A stretch of DNA of 24,096 nucleotides from Terrimicrobiaceae bacterium (GCA_041752695.1 JBGSVZ010000105.1:1-24096); one strand, 5' to 3'; counted from the stretch's first letter, positions 1 through 9,367 are shown. Numbers and translations: made by a program. Notes: a model not told the origin generated them from the letters alone.

Positions 1-612
1 TATTTCCGGTTATCCCAGGCTTACACCGCGGGCCGTGATGCCGCCCAGGGTTGTGGGAATTTTGGCGCCACCGTGGCCCTTCTGGGAGCGGGTGAAATTG
101 GTTCTGCGCTGATCGAGCGTCTCAGGCCGTTCGCTTTGCGCCTCCTGGTCTTTGATCCTTTTCTTAGTCTTTCGCGAGCCAGAGAACTTGGAGTCGAAAA
201 AGTCTCCATGGAGGAAGCCTTCGCGCTCGGTGATGTCGTCTCCAATCACCTGGCCGACTTGCCGGCCACGAAGGGGATGCTGCAAGGCCGCCATTTCGTC
301 ACGATGAAAAAGAATGCGACTTTCATCAACACCGGCCGCGGTGCCACTGTGGCTGAGGACCAGATGGTCGAGGCGCTTCTCGCGCGTCCGGATCTGACCG
401 CGCTCCTGGATGTGACCATGACGGAGCCGCTTCCCTCGGCTTCCCCCCTGAGGAGGATGCCGAATGTCCACCTGTCCCCCCACATTGCGGGATCGATCGG
501 AGCGGAACGGGAGAGGCTGGCGGAATGGATGATTGGTGAGTACGACTCCTGGCAAAAGGGAGGCGCGGTGCGCGGGCGGGTTTCCACCGAGCTCCTGGAA
601 AGAATGGCCTGA
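1..612 (+). CDS. D-isomer-specific 2-hydroxyacid dehydrogenase (NAD-binding domain), 5'-truncated by the window edge
   Basis: Frame is open from base 1 (YFRLSQAY...). Rossmann GAGEIG, then FINTGRG, LLDVT..EP and SPHIAG motifs typical of the D-2-hydroxyacid dehydrogenase family. TGA at 610-612. Confidence 0.9.
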   Translation, partial: YFRLSQAYTAGRDAAQGCGNFGATVALLGAGEIGSALIERLRPFALRLLVFDPFLSLSRARELGVEKVSMEEAFALGDVVSNHLADLPATKGMLQGRHFVTMKKNATFINTGRGATVAEDQMVEALLARPDLTALLDVTMTEPLPSASPLRRMPNVHLSPHIAGSIGAERERLAEWMIGEYDSWQKGGAVRGRVSTELLERMA

Positions 613-660
613 TTGCTCGCGCCCTGTGTTGGTGCCGGTGGTGGGAATCACCCCGCGAAC

Positions 661-672
661 TAAACGGGTTAA
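661..672. promoter_or_regulatory. Putative LacI-family operator (site 1, TAAACGGGTTAA)
   Basis: One mismatch to TTAAC-NN-GTTAA; intergenic, about 60 nt upstream of the Gfo/Idh/MocA start; similar to four other intergenic sites. Confidence 0.55.
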
Positions 673-731
673 TCGGCCGATGAGTTGTCGGGGAGAGTGA
701 TTCGGGGCAGGGTGCTGGACTTCTTCATTTC

Positions 732-1799
732 ATGAATTCTGGTTCTAAAATTCGTTGGGGCCTCGTCGGGTGCGGGCAGATTGCCATCGACAAATCCCTC
801 CCTGGTTTACTGGCGGCAAAAAACGCCTGCCTCGTTGCCATTGCTGACCCCCTGGAATCTCGCAGAGCGCTCGCGCTTGACCGTGCCGGGCAAAGCAACA
901 TGCAGCCCACGGCCTACCAAGATCTTCACGAACTTCTGGCCGATCCAGGTGTTGACGCTGTCTACGTCGCGCTGCCCACCGGAATGCATAAAAACGCCGT
1001 GATCGCGGCAGCAAAGGCGAAAAAGGCCATTCTTTGCGAAAAGCCGCTAGGCAACAGTGCGGCAGAGGTTCGCGAGATGGTCCGCGCCGCCCGTGAAAAT
1101 GGCGTTCCGCTCATGACGGGTTACATGTCGCGCTTTAGTGATGTCTTTCAGAAGGCTGCGCAGCTTGTCAGGGAGGGAGCAATCGGCAAGGTGACTTATG
1201 TCGCGGCAAATTTTTCCTACCCCTGTTCCAAATATTATCCGCCGGGAAAAGCCGGCGGCTGGCGTTACACAGACGAGCTCGGTGGCGGCCCCCTGCTGGA
1301 CGTTGGCATCTATCTGGTCTTTGGCATTCGCGAGATGTTGGGGGAGCGCATTGCCAGGGTTGCCTCCCTGAACCGAAACACGCACGCACCGGAGGGTTCT
1401 GTCATTTCCGACACCACGATTTCCTGGTTCGAAACGGAAAAGGGAACACCAGGAACATTAGTCACTAGTTTTTCGCACGCCGCCCAATACATCAACTTTT
1501 TCGGAACCCAGGGAAATCTCATGGTCAGTGATTGTTTTTACCAAACGCCCGGTGCCCGTTTGGAGTGCGTCACGGGGGACGGGAACACACCTCTTATTCT
1601 CGACACCAAGACCGAGGCGAACCTCGCCCATTTCGACAATTATCGGCGCGAGTTCGAACATTTCTCTGCTGCCTTGCTGCAGAAGACGCCGCACAGTCCA
1701 TCCGAAGACGACGTGCTCTCCGACGCATTGCTTCTCGACACGCTGAAAAAGAACGCTGATGCGATCGATGTTCCGTCGCTCGTGGAATTTCTAAATTAA
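732..1799 (+). CDS. Gfo/Idh/MocA family NAD(P)-dependent oxidoreductase
   Basis: N-terminal WGLVGCGQIA, DAVYVALPTGMH, ILCEKPL and GGGPLLDVGIY motifs; 355 aa. Confidence 0.93.
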   Translation: MNSGSKIRWGLVGCGQIAIDKSLPGLLAAKNACLVAIADPLESRRALALDRAGQSNMQPTAYQDLHELLADPGVDAVYVALPTGMHKNAVIAAAKAKKAILCEKPLGNSAAEVREMVRAARENGVPLMTGYMSRFSDVFQKAAQLVREGAIGKVTYVAANFSYPCSKYYPPGKAGGWRYTDELGGGPLLDVGIYLVFGIREMLGERIARVASLNRNTHAPEGSVISDTTISWFETEKGTPGTLVTSFSHAAQYINFFGTQGNLMVSDCFYQTPGARLECVTGDGNTPLILDTKTEANLAHFDNYRREFEHFSAALLQKTPHSPSEDDVLSDALLLDTLKKNADAIDVPSLVEFLN

Positions 1800-1804
1800 C
1801 GCAC

Positions 1805-2662
1805 ATGAAACTCGCCATCAACGGTCAGCAACTCTCCGCGACTCACTCGCTCACCGAAATTCTCGACGTGCTTGACGGTCATGGAGTCAGGGCCGTTGAA
1901 CTTTGGCCCTGGAACATCACAGGCGACGCCGCGACCGACGAGGAAAAGGAACGTTTTGAGAAACGCGACGTGGCGGCGACGGCGAGACTTCTCAAGGACC
2001 GTGGCTTCGAATGCGCGTGCGTGACCCTCGGGTTCTGGGCGGCTCCGCTCTGCTTTGCCGTCGGCGGCGGTGAGCGTTACACGGAGGCACTCAAGGGGGC
2101 GGTGGACGCAGCGTGCACTTTGGGTTCCAGGCTCGTGAACACTTACAACGTCGGAATCCCCCTTTCGATCTGGGGGGATGCGGTTAAACCTGCCGCCGCC
2201 TATGCGGCTTCCAAAGGGATCGCGATTACCCTGGAAAATGAGGCTCACGACGAATCGGCCTTGCCGGAAAACGTCGCCGCCGTCTGTGAGCGGGTCTGCT
2301 CAAGCGGGCTGAAAACCCAATACGACCCGTGCAACTACTATCATGGCAACGTAGAGCCCTATCCCCACGCCTACGAGGTCATCAAAAATCATATTGGGTA
2401 CGTCCACCTCAAGGGCGGTTGTCGCTTCAATCCAGGCATTGCGGGAGTCCACCAAGGTTCCACCATGCGGGATAGCAGACGGGACTTCATTGGTTATGTG
2501 CCGCTGCCCGAGGCCTCCTTCAATGTCGATGCTATCGTCCGGGCTTTGAAGCGTGACGGCTACGAAGGTTGGATCTCTCTCGAGCCTCATGTTGGTCCGG
2601 CGGATGCCCTGGAATTCTATAAAGTTGAAATTCCCTATTTGCAGAAGCTGTTGGCCAACTGA
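1805..2662 (+). CDS. Sugar phosphate isomerase/epimerase (xylose-isomerase-like / AP endonuclease 2 TIM barrel)
   Basis: Metal-ligand motifs ITLENE, YDPCN, YVHLK and GYEGWISLEPH in the expected order; starts 5 nt after the upstream stop. Confidence 0.88.
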   Translation: MKLAINGQQLSATHSLTEILDVLDGHGVRAVELWPWNITGDAATDEEKERFEKRDVAATARLLKDRGFECACVTLGFWAAPLCFAVGGGERYTEALKGAVDAACTLGSRLVNTYNVGIPLSIWGDAVKPAAAYAASKGIAITLENEAHDESALPENVAAVCERVCSSGLKTQYDPCNYYHGNVEPYPHAYEVIKNHIGYVHLKGGCRFNPGIAGVHQGSTMRDSRRDFIGYVPLPEASFNVDAIVRALKRDGYEGWISLEPHVGPADALEFYKVEIPYLQKLLAN

Positions 2663-2704
2663 CGGCTTCGCACCACGCACCCCCCACATCCTCTTTTGTT
2701 GAAC

Positions 2705-3901
2705 ATGACTCCCGCCCAAAAAATAGGCTCTGAACAATTCGCTGTCCGCGCGGCCCGCCTCCACGCCAACCACGAGGAGTTAATCGCCCGTCCTAACACG
2801 ATTCATCCGGAATACGACAGCGGATTCTTCAATCGCTACACCAACCCTCTCCTGACCGCGGCGCACATCCCCCTGGAATGGCGTATTGACTTTGACGAGG
2901 TCCGGAATCCGTTCTGCATGGAGCGTCTGGGTATCAATGCAGTATTGAACTCGGGAGCCATCGAGCACGATGGCCGGTTTCTGCTTGTTGTTCGAGTTGA
3001 GGGGTATGACCGAAAGTCGTTTTTTGCAATCGCAGAGTCCGATTCTGGCGTGGACAACTTTCGCTTTCGGGAGGAACCGGTGATTTTTGCGGAAAACTCT
3101 GCCGATGAGACTAACTGGTACGACATGCGCCTCACCAGGCACGAGGATGGCTGGATCTACGGGACGTTTTGCGTGGAAAAGAAAGATCCTGATGCGTCGG
3201 ATTCCGACACTTCCAAGGCGGTTGCATCCTGCGGAATTGTTCGGACGAAAGACTTTGTGACCTGGGACCGCCTGCGTGACCTGGTGACTCCTTCCGCGCA
3301 GCAGCGCAATGTGGTGGTGCATCCCGAATTCGTGCGAGGCAAATATTTCTTCTACACTCGGCCCATGGAGTTTTTCATGCATGCAGGCGGGAAGGGGGGC
3401 ATTGGCTATGGTTTCGCCGAGACGATGGATGGCGCTGTGATTACGGAGGAGATCGTCATGGAGGAGAGGGTCTATCACACGATCAAAGAGGGCAAAGTAG
3501 GCCCGGGTGCTCCACCCATCAAAACCAAGTCCGGCTGGTTGCATCTGGCTCATGCGGTCCGTGAAAATGCCGACGGCATGCGTTACGTGCTCTATGTTTT
3601 TCTGTGCGATTTGCAGGAACCCTGGCGCGTGATTGCCCGCCCCGGCGGCTATGTGCTTTCGCCGCGGGGCTGGGAGCGCGTGGGAGACGTGTCGGATGTG
3701 CTGTTCGCCAACGGCGCGATCGTTCGCGAAAATGGGGACCTCTTCTTTTATTATGCTTCGTCCGACACGCGAATGCATGTGGCGACGACAACGATTGATG
3801 TCCTGGTGGACTACGCGCTCAACACCCCTCCCGACGCGGGCCGCACGTGCAAATGTGTGGAACAACGACTTGAACTCATCCGGCGGAATCGCGCCATTTA
3901 G
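2705..3901 (+). CDS. GH130 phosphorylase, 4-O-beta-D-mannosyl-D-glucose phosphorylase (MGP)-like
   Basis: [65 protein letters not shown] and [12 protein letters not shown] closely match MGP-type GH130. ATG at 2705 preferred over TTG at 2696. Confidence 0.92.
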   Translation: MTPAQKIGSEQFAVRAARLHANHEELIARPNTIHPEYDSGFFNRYTNPLLTAAHIPLEWRIDFDEVRNPFCMERLGINAVLNSGAIEHDGRFLLVVRVEGYDRKSFFAIAESDSGVDNFRFREEPVIFAENSADETNWYDMRLTRHEDGWIYGTFCVEKKDPDASDSDTSKAVASCGIVRTKDFVTWDRLRDLVTPSAQQRNVVVHPEFVRGKYFFYTRPMEFFMHAGGKGGIGYGFAETMDGAVITEEIVMEERVYHTIKEGKVGPGAPPIKTKSGWLHLAHAVRENADGMRYVLYVFLCDLQEPWRVIARPGGYVLSPRGWERVGDVSDVLFANGAIVRENGDLFFYYASSDTRMHVATTTIDVLVDYALNTPPDAGRTCKCVEQRLELIRRNRAI

Positions 3902-3910
3902 CCAAAAGCT

Positions 3911-5356
3911 ATGAAGGTGATTCCCCAAACCCACATTTTCATCACTGCCTGGATTCTGTTCGCCTCGGGTTCCAAGCTACTATTGGCATCGGAAGTGGAC
4001 GGTGCAGTCCAAGCCGCCGCCAGCTCCCAAGGTCCCGGAGTTTATGTTCCCGTTCCTCCTCCGCCCCCCATTAAGATTCTCACCCGTGCCATTTATGTCA
4101 GGGACACAGGAGATGATGGCAACGATGGTCTATCGGTCGAAAAGGCTCTGCGCTCTCCCCAAAAGGCTGCGGACCTGACCTTGCCGGGCGATGTGGTGTT
4201 TTTCGATGGGGAGTGGGAAAAAACATCGGGCAACGCGCCGCTGATCATTACCCGTTCCGGTGAACCGGGAAAACCCATCACCTATGCACCGGCTCCGGGC
4301 GCCAAGGCGATCATTCGGAATAGCGGTGCCTGGGACGCCATCAAAATTGCCGGTGCCCGGCATATCGTCCTTCAAGGGTTCCGCGTCATCGGCAATGCAA
4401 AGAATGTGACGCTGGAGCAGGCCATGGCCACGAAGGACAATAACCTGCTTCCCTCGACCAGTGGGAATGGCATTGCGGTGATGGATGACCGACAGACCAA
4501 AACGCCGGCAGCCCACATCGTGGTCAGAAACTGTGAGGTCAGCGATTGTAGCGGCGGCGGCATCTTTGCCAACCATGTGGATTATCTGACTTTCGAAAAC
4601 AATGTAGTCTACCGCTGCGCCTTTTGGTCGCCCAACGCCAACAGCGGGCTTTCCGTCTATCAACCCACCGCGATTGACGATACCACCGACTATAAGATCT
4701 TCATTCGAAACAATGTATGTTTTGAAAACTATGAGTATATTCCCTTCATCCACTCAAGCAAAGACCCCGCAAAACGAAAGGTGACGGACGGAAATGGCAT
4801 CATCGTTGACGATTACCTTAACACCCAGGCGTTTGGTGGGGGCAGCGGCAAGGAATACACGGGACGGACCCTGGTATCTAATAACATCTGCTTTGCCAAC
4901 GGAGGCTCCGGGATCCACTCGTTCAAATCCTGCAATGTGGATTTTGTGAATAATTACGCTGCTGATAATAACCGGCATCCGGCCTTGAAGGACGGCCAGA
5001 TGTTCCTGCTCAAATCGAAAAACGGGCGGGTTTTTAACAATATACTCGTTGCTCCGCCGGGGAAGCCCGTGAACACGGACACCGGCAACGAGAACTCCAT
5101 TTATGACAATAACGTGTATGCCAACATCGATGGCAGCACTCCGTTCTTCCGTGGGGAGAAAGCCAACAATATTGTCGCCGCACCGGGCCTTGATCTCGTG
5201 GGGTGGAGTGAGGGCAGGCGAGTGTTCCAGGCAACGGCGGATAGTCCTTTGCGCGGCGCAGGATTGCCGTTCCCCGAAGTGAAAACAGACTTTTTTGGCG
5301 CACTGCGCAACACCGAAAAACCCGATATCGGTCCATTTGTATTGGGCAACCCTTAA
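3911..5356 (+). CDS. Secreted right-handed parallel beta-helix protein (DUF1565-like start, choice-of-anchor-Q-like end); putative polysaccharide lyase/hydrolase
   Basis: Hydrophobic N-terminus, Pro-rich linker, YVRDTGDDGNDG..P..AAD...PGD start, Asn-ladder repeats (ENNVV, RNNVC, SNNIC, NNIL), DGNGIIVD and C-terminal DFFGALR..PDIGPF. Confidence 0.8.
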   Translation: MKVIPQTHIFITAWILFASGSKLLLASEVDGAVQAAASSQGPGVYVPVPPPPPIKILTRAIYVRDTGDDGNDGLSVEKALRSPQKAADLTLPGDVVFFDGEWEKTSGNAPLIITRSGEPGKPITYAPAPGAKAIIRNSGAWDAIKIAGARHIVLQGFRVIGNAKNVTLEQAMATKDNNLLPSTSGNGIAVMDDRQTKTPAAHIVVRNCEVSDCSGGGIFANHVDYLTFENNVVYRCAFWSPNANSGLSVYQPTAIDDTTDYKIFIRNNVCFENYEYIPFIHSSKDPAKRKVTDGNGIIVDDYLNTQAFGGGSGKEYTGRTLVSNNICFANGGSGIHSFKSCNVDFVNNYAADNNRHPALKDGQMFLLKSKNGRVFNNILVAPPGKPVNTDTGNENSIYDNNVYANIDGSTPFFRGEKANNIVAAPGLDLVGWSEGRRVFQATADSPLRGAGLPFPEVKTDFFGALRNTEKPDIGPFVLGNP

Positions 5357-5411
5357 AGATTCCAAGCACCTCAGCTCTCAAACATAACATCCAGAAACCG
5401 AATACTAAGCC

Positions 5412-5921
5412 ATGAAACCCTATATTCTCCCCTTCTCTTTCCTTCGTAGAGGAAGCGCCGCAACTCTTCTCGCCTTGCTGGCAATTGTCACCGCATACTC
5501 GCAAGACGGCACCGTGATCACTCTTGAGGCGCGCGGACACGGACCCGTCGAGAAAACAACCAAAGTGGACAATGTGCCGGGTCCCGCAGTCGATTCCACG
5601 GCCATCCAGGTTACCATTCCGGAGGGAACCGAAGGTAAAAAACACCGGGTGAATGCCAAGGGGGAGATTCCTGTGGAAATCTCTGCTGAGAAGCCGATCG
5701 TCGTCACCTTCATGGCGCGCTCGCCGGATAAAAACAAGGTTCTCGTGATGGTGCATTCGGCGGGGAATCCCGATCGAGTGAAGGCAATCCTCGACGTCCC
5801 GCTAACGCCCGAATGGAAGGAATACAAGGTCAAGGGGGATAAGCCCGAGGCCTTCGTCGATTTCATGATGGGTGCCTCGCCAGGCGTGGTTGAAATCAGC
5901 AATGTCGTGGTCACTCAATAA
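5412..5921 (+). CDS. Small secreted protein, CBM4/9-like beta-sandwich
   Basis: Signal peptide (ATLLALLAIVTAYS-Q); VTFMARS, LTPEWKEYKV and FMMG..G.VEISNV resemble the galactose-binding-like CBM4_9 fold. The CDS is well supported, the domain call less so. Confidence 0.6.
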   Translation: MKPYILPFSFLRRGSAATLLALLAIVTAYSQDGTVITLEARGHGPVEKTTKVDNVPGPAVDSTAIQVTIPEGTEGKKHRVNAKGEIPVEISAEKPIVVTFMARSPDKNKVLVMVHSAGNPDRVKAILDVPLTPEWKEYKVKGDKPEAFVDFMMGASPGVVEISNVVVTQ

Positions 5922-5999
5922 TTTGATTTGAATTTCCCGCGCCAGATACGTCCGGATCTTTAGGGATCCGCCGGGCCGGCCTAAGGATCGGACACTCCC

Positions 6000-8171
6000 A
6001 TGGAGAAACTTTCGAGCTTTGTCTTCGGCGACATGGTTGCCATTTATCATCGCCAGCGGGAAACCGGACGTGTGCAGCTCCAACTGGTGCCTAAGGCGCT
6101 CGTGCGCAAACTTCCCGGGCACCGCCGCTTTCTCGACGAGACCAGTGAGCCCGCGTTGCGCCAGCACGAACGAAAGCCTGCCTGGCAGATGGACTCGCTT
6201 GTGCATGTGCGGCTGACAGGCGACCCGTGTGTCGGCGAGTTCGCCAATGGGAGATCCCTGCGGATGAGCGAGGCGACGCTGGAACTGAGGTTTGTCCGAC
6301 AGCGCGTTGCGAAAAACAAGGTTGTGACTCTTCTCCGCAGCAAACGGGGCTTCCGCTGCGAGCACACGCTGGAGGAGGGGGGGGGCGGCGCGCTCCGCTC
6401 CCGAACCACATTTACCAATACCTCGGAGAACGCCCTGACCCTTGAGTTGCTGACGAGTTTTTCCCTGGCGGGTATTACGCCGTTTGCCAGTGATGATGCG
6501 CCGGGCCGGCTGAGATTGCATAGGGCCCGGAGTTATTGGTCGGCAGAAGGACGCATGGAAGCCCTGCCACTGGAGGGCCTTCACTTGGTGCCGTCGTGGA
6601 CGGGCTATGGCGTGACCTCCGAGCGTTTCGGTCAGGTGGGCTCCTGGCCCACCCGCGGATTTTTTCCGTTCGCCGCGCTGGAGGATACGGAGGCAGGGGT
6701 GACCTGGGCGGCGCAAATCGCCTGGCTCGGTTCCTGGCAGATTGAACTGTGGCGACGGGATGATTTTGTGCAGCTCTCGGGCGGTTTGGCCGATCGGGAA
6801 TTTGGTCACTGGTGGAAGACGATTGATCCCGGCGAGTCGTTCACCACGCCAGATGCGCTTCTGACGGTGGTGCAAGGCTCAGTGGAGGGGGCCTGCCAGC
6901 GGCTTATTGCCGGCCATCGATTCAGCGCACCTCGAAGCGAGGAGAAACTGCCTATCATTTTCAACGAATGGTGCACATCCTGGGGCCATCCGAACCACGA
7001 CAACGTGATTGCGCTAGCTGACCGGCTGGCGGGTTCCGGCGTGAAGTATCTTGTGATTGACGATGGGTGGGCGGAACGCCCGACCGAGCGGATGCAGGAA
7101 AATGGCGACTGGATTGTTGCCTCGAAAAAGTTTCCGCATGGTCTGCGCGCGACGTGTAATGCCATTAGGGAGCGAGGTTTGATTCCCGGGATCTGGTTCG
7201 AATTTGAAGTGGCCAACAAAGGGTCGCATGCGTGGAAGGAGACCTCGCATCAGCTTCACCGCGATGGCTCCGTCCTCTCTGCAGGCACGCGGCATTTCTG
7301 GGATTTTCGTGATCCTTGGGTGCATGAATTTCTCGCGGAGCGCGTCATTGGGCTGCTGCGCGACTCCGGGATGGGGTACATGAAGGTGGATTACAACGAG
7401 TCCATTGGCCTAGGTTGTGACGAGGCTGCTGCAACGGATGCGCTCCAACGGCCAGGCATTCAATCTCCTGGTGAAGGACTGCGCCAGCACCTCGACGGCG
7501 ACCGCGCGTTTTTCCAGAGAATTCGGCGGGAATTACCGGATCTAGTCATCGAAATTTGTGCGTCGGGCGGAATGCGCCTGGAACCCTCGATGCTCGAACT
7601 CGGCGCGATGTTTTCCTTCTCCGATGCGCATGAGACGCTCGACATTCCACTTCTCGCGGGCAACGTGCAGCAGCTCGTGCCGGCCCGTGCCTGCCAGATC
7701 TGGGCTGTGCTTCGCCCGGGTGATGAAGCCCGACGGCTGGTTTATTCCCTGGCCAGTACTTTTCTGGGTCGCATGTGTCTCTCGGGAGACATCAGCAGTC
7801 TTAGTCCCCGCCAATGGGGGGTTGCGCTTGAAGCACAGGAGCTCTACCGCCAGGTCGCTCCGATCATTGCCGACGGCGTATCCCAACGGACCGGCCCCGC
7901 GCAGGTCAGCTATCGCCATCCCCGCGGCTGGCAGGCGATTTTGCGTGTCGCGCGTGGCGGACGACAGGCGGCTGCGGTCGTCCACACCTTCGCGGATTCA
8001 CCCAATAATCCCATTACGGTGGATTTGCCGGATGGCGATTGGAGGGTCGCGGGGTTTCTGCACGCAGGAAAACGCAAGCCGGTGGTTCGTGGACGAAAGT
8101 TAGTCTTGCCCCCGCACGCGGACTTCGAAGGATGCGTTGTCCACCTTGTCCGCCAATCCTCCCTTCAATAA
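6000..8171 (+). CDS. Alpha-galactosidase, GH36
   Basis: PIIFNEW, YLVIDDGW, GDW..KFPHGL, GIWFEFE, YMKVDYN (nucleophile Asp), EICASGGMR and SFSDAHE (acid/base Asp); no signal peptide. Confidence 0.93.
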   Translation: MEKLSSFVFGDMVAIYHRQRETGRVQLQLVPKALVRKLPGHRRFLDETSEPALRQHERKPAWQMDSLVHVRLTGDPCVGEFANGRSLRMSEATLELRFVRQRVAKNKVVTLLRSKRGFRCEHTLEEGGGGALRSRTTFTNTSENALTLELLTSFSLAGITPFASDDAPGRLRLHRARSYWSAEGRMEALPLEGLHLVPSWTGYGVTSERFGQVGSWPTRGFFPFAALEDTEAGVTWAAQIAWLGSWQIELWRRDDFVQLSGGLADREFGHWWKTIDPGESFTTPDALLTVVQGSVEGACQRLIAGHRFSAPRSEEKLPIIFNEWCTSWGHPNHDNVIALADRLAGSGVKYLVIDDGWAERPTERMQENGDWIVASKKFPHGLRATCNAIRERGLIPGIWFEFEVANKGSHAWKETSHQLHRDGSVLSAGTRHFWDFRDPWVHEFLAERVIGLLRDSGMGYMKVDYNESIGLGCDEAAATDALQRPGIQSPGEGLRQHLDGDRAFFQRIRRELPDLVIEICASGGMRLEPSMLELGAMFSFSDAHETLDIPLLAGNVQQLVPARACQIWAVLRPGDEARRLVYSLASTFLGRMCLSGDISSLSPRQWGVALEAQELYRQVAPIIADGVSQRTGPAQVSYRHPRGWQAILRVARGGRQAAAVVHTFADSPNNPITVDLPDGDWRVAGFLHAGKRKPVVRGRKLVLPPHADFEGCVVHLVRQSSLQ

Positions 8172-9229
8172 CGCGTGTTTGTCGGCCCAGGTCCCCGGGC
8201 TACCTTCCGAAGGGAGTTCCCGGTAATCCAGAGACCCTGGGTCAAAACAATTTTGGGACTGGCCGGAATCCCGTGCTCGTTCCGGTTGACCTGGCTGACT
8301 ATCATGTCGATGGCGGCGGCACCCGCCACCTCAAATTGTTGATCAATGCCAGCCAATCCCACCTCGTCCGGCGAACGATCCAGAGTCGCTACCCCGATAT
8401 CGTTCGGGGCCGACAGACCGAGAGCGGACAAGCTCTCCAAAATTGCGTCGTTTCCCGAAAGAATCGCATCGGGTTTCCATCGATCCAACCATTTCGAAAA
8501 ACGTGTGGAGTCGGCTTCATCAAGATAAAAGATGGGAAGCCGGTCCTTGACCGGGCGGGTGAGTTGGTAACCCGCATAGGCCGTTGACCAGTTAAATTCA
8601 TTCCGGCGATCCTGCATTTTGCTAATGGCCAGGGCAATTCGCCGATATCCCCAATAGCGCATGTGATGCAAAGCCGTCCGGAGGGATTCGATCTGGTGGC
8701 AGACTGCCCGATGAATCCGTGGTCTGACCACCGAATGACCCACTGTGGCCACGGCAAAGGTACTGAGATTCAGGGAAATATGCCCCATTCCCTCGGGCCG
8801 GGGACCGATCAGGAGGCCTTGGATCCCCCGGTTGATTAGAATCGAATGCAGCTTTTTTGCAGTCACGCCTGGCTCTCTCATCCAGATTTCATCGAGACGG
8901 TAACCCATCTGATCGGCCCGGGACTCCGCTCCTTGAAAATAGCGAACAAAAGTGGAGTATTGTCGCCATTGGCTAGGGGTGGAGTGGGATGTCAGAAAAG
9001 GAATCGAGGCCAGGTTTTGCGAGGGCTGCACCCCCTTGAGATGGGCCATCAATGCGGAAACCATCGCATTGGGCCGATATCCGAGGTCAGCGGCAATTTT
9101 TTGAATTCGGTCCCGCGTTTCCGACGATATTCCCGATTGATTGCGCAAAGCGAGCGACACAGCCGCGCGTGACACACCCGCAAGGTCGGCGATGGTCTGC
9201 AGGCTGGGTGTTTGGGCGGGGGGAGACAC
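8165..9229 (-). CDS. LacI-family transcriptional regulator (LacI-1)
   Basis: HTH SLQTIADLAGVSRAAVSLALRN and hinge LGYRPNAMVSALM, followed by a periplasmic-binding-protein-like effector domain; GTG start. Confidence 0.93.
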   Translation of the reverse strand: MSPPAQTPSLQTIADLAGVSRAAVSLALRNQSGISSETRDRIQKIAADLGYRPNAMVSALMAHLKGVQPSQNLASIPFLTSHSTPSQWRQYSTFVRYFQGAESRADQMGYRLDEIWMREPGVTAKKLHSILINRGIQGLLIGPRPEGMGHISLNLSTFAVATVGHSVVRPRIHRAVCHQIESLRTALHHMRYWGYRRIALAISKMQDRRNEFNWSTAYAGYQLTRPVKDRLPIFYLDEADSTRFSKWLDRWKPDAILSGNDAILESLSALGLSAPNDIGVATLDRSPDEVGLAGIDQQFEVAGAAAIDMIVSQVNRNEHGIPASPKIVLTQGLWITGNSLRKVARGPGPTNTRY

Positions 9230-9241
9230 TTAACGGATTGA
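9230..9241. promoter_or_regulatory. Putative LacI operator (site 2, TTAACGGATTGA) abutting the LacI-1 start codon
   Basis: Minus strand reads TCAATCCGTTAA-GTG; the same position relative to the start codon as site 4 at LacI-2. Confidence 0.6.
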
Positions 9242-9355
9242 GTTTTGGTGAATCAAGCATTGCCGCCGACTTCGGGCAAGAGCAACGTGGGTTAGGCGTG
9301 CAATCAGTTTGACGAGTCTGCTCGTTTCCGAACTTCCTTCACCATATATACAGGC

Positions 9356-9367
9356 TTAACGAGTTGA
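9356..9367. promoter_or_regulatory. Putative LacI operator (site 3, TTAACGAGTTGA) upstream of the pseudopilin cassette
   Basis: One mismatch to TTAAC-NN-GTTAA; lies just downstream of an AT-rich TATATA (9345-9350) that could be a -10 element. Confidence 0.6.

Noticed and set aside
1796..1807. TTAACG half-sites at 1796 and at other stop codons (about 16219-16224 and 19619-19624)
   Set aside because: Only half of the motif, and explained by TAA stop codons.
2780..3934. 384-aa minus-strand ORF
   Set aside because: Antisense to the clearly conserved GH130 gene.
5802..6875. 357-aa minus-strand ORF
   Set aside because: Antisense to GH36; Arg/Pro-rich, non-protein-like composition.
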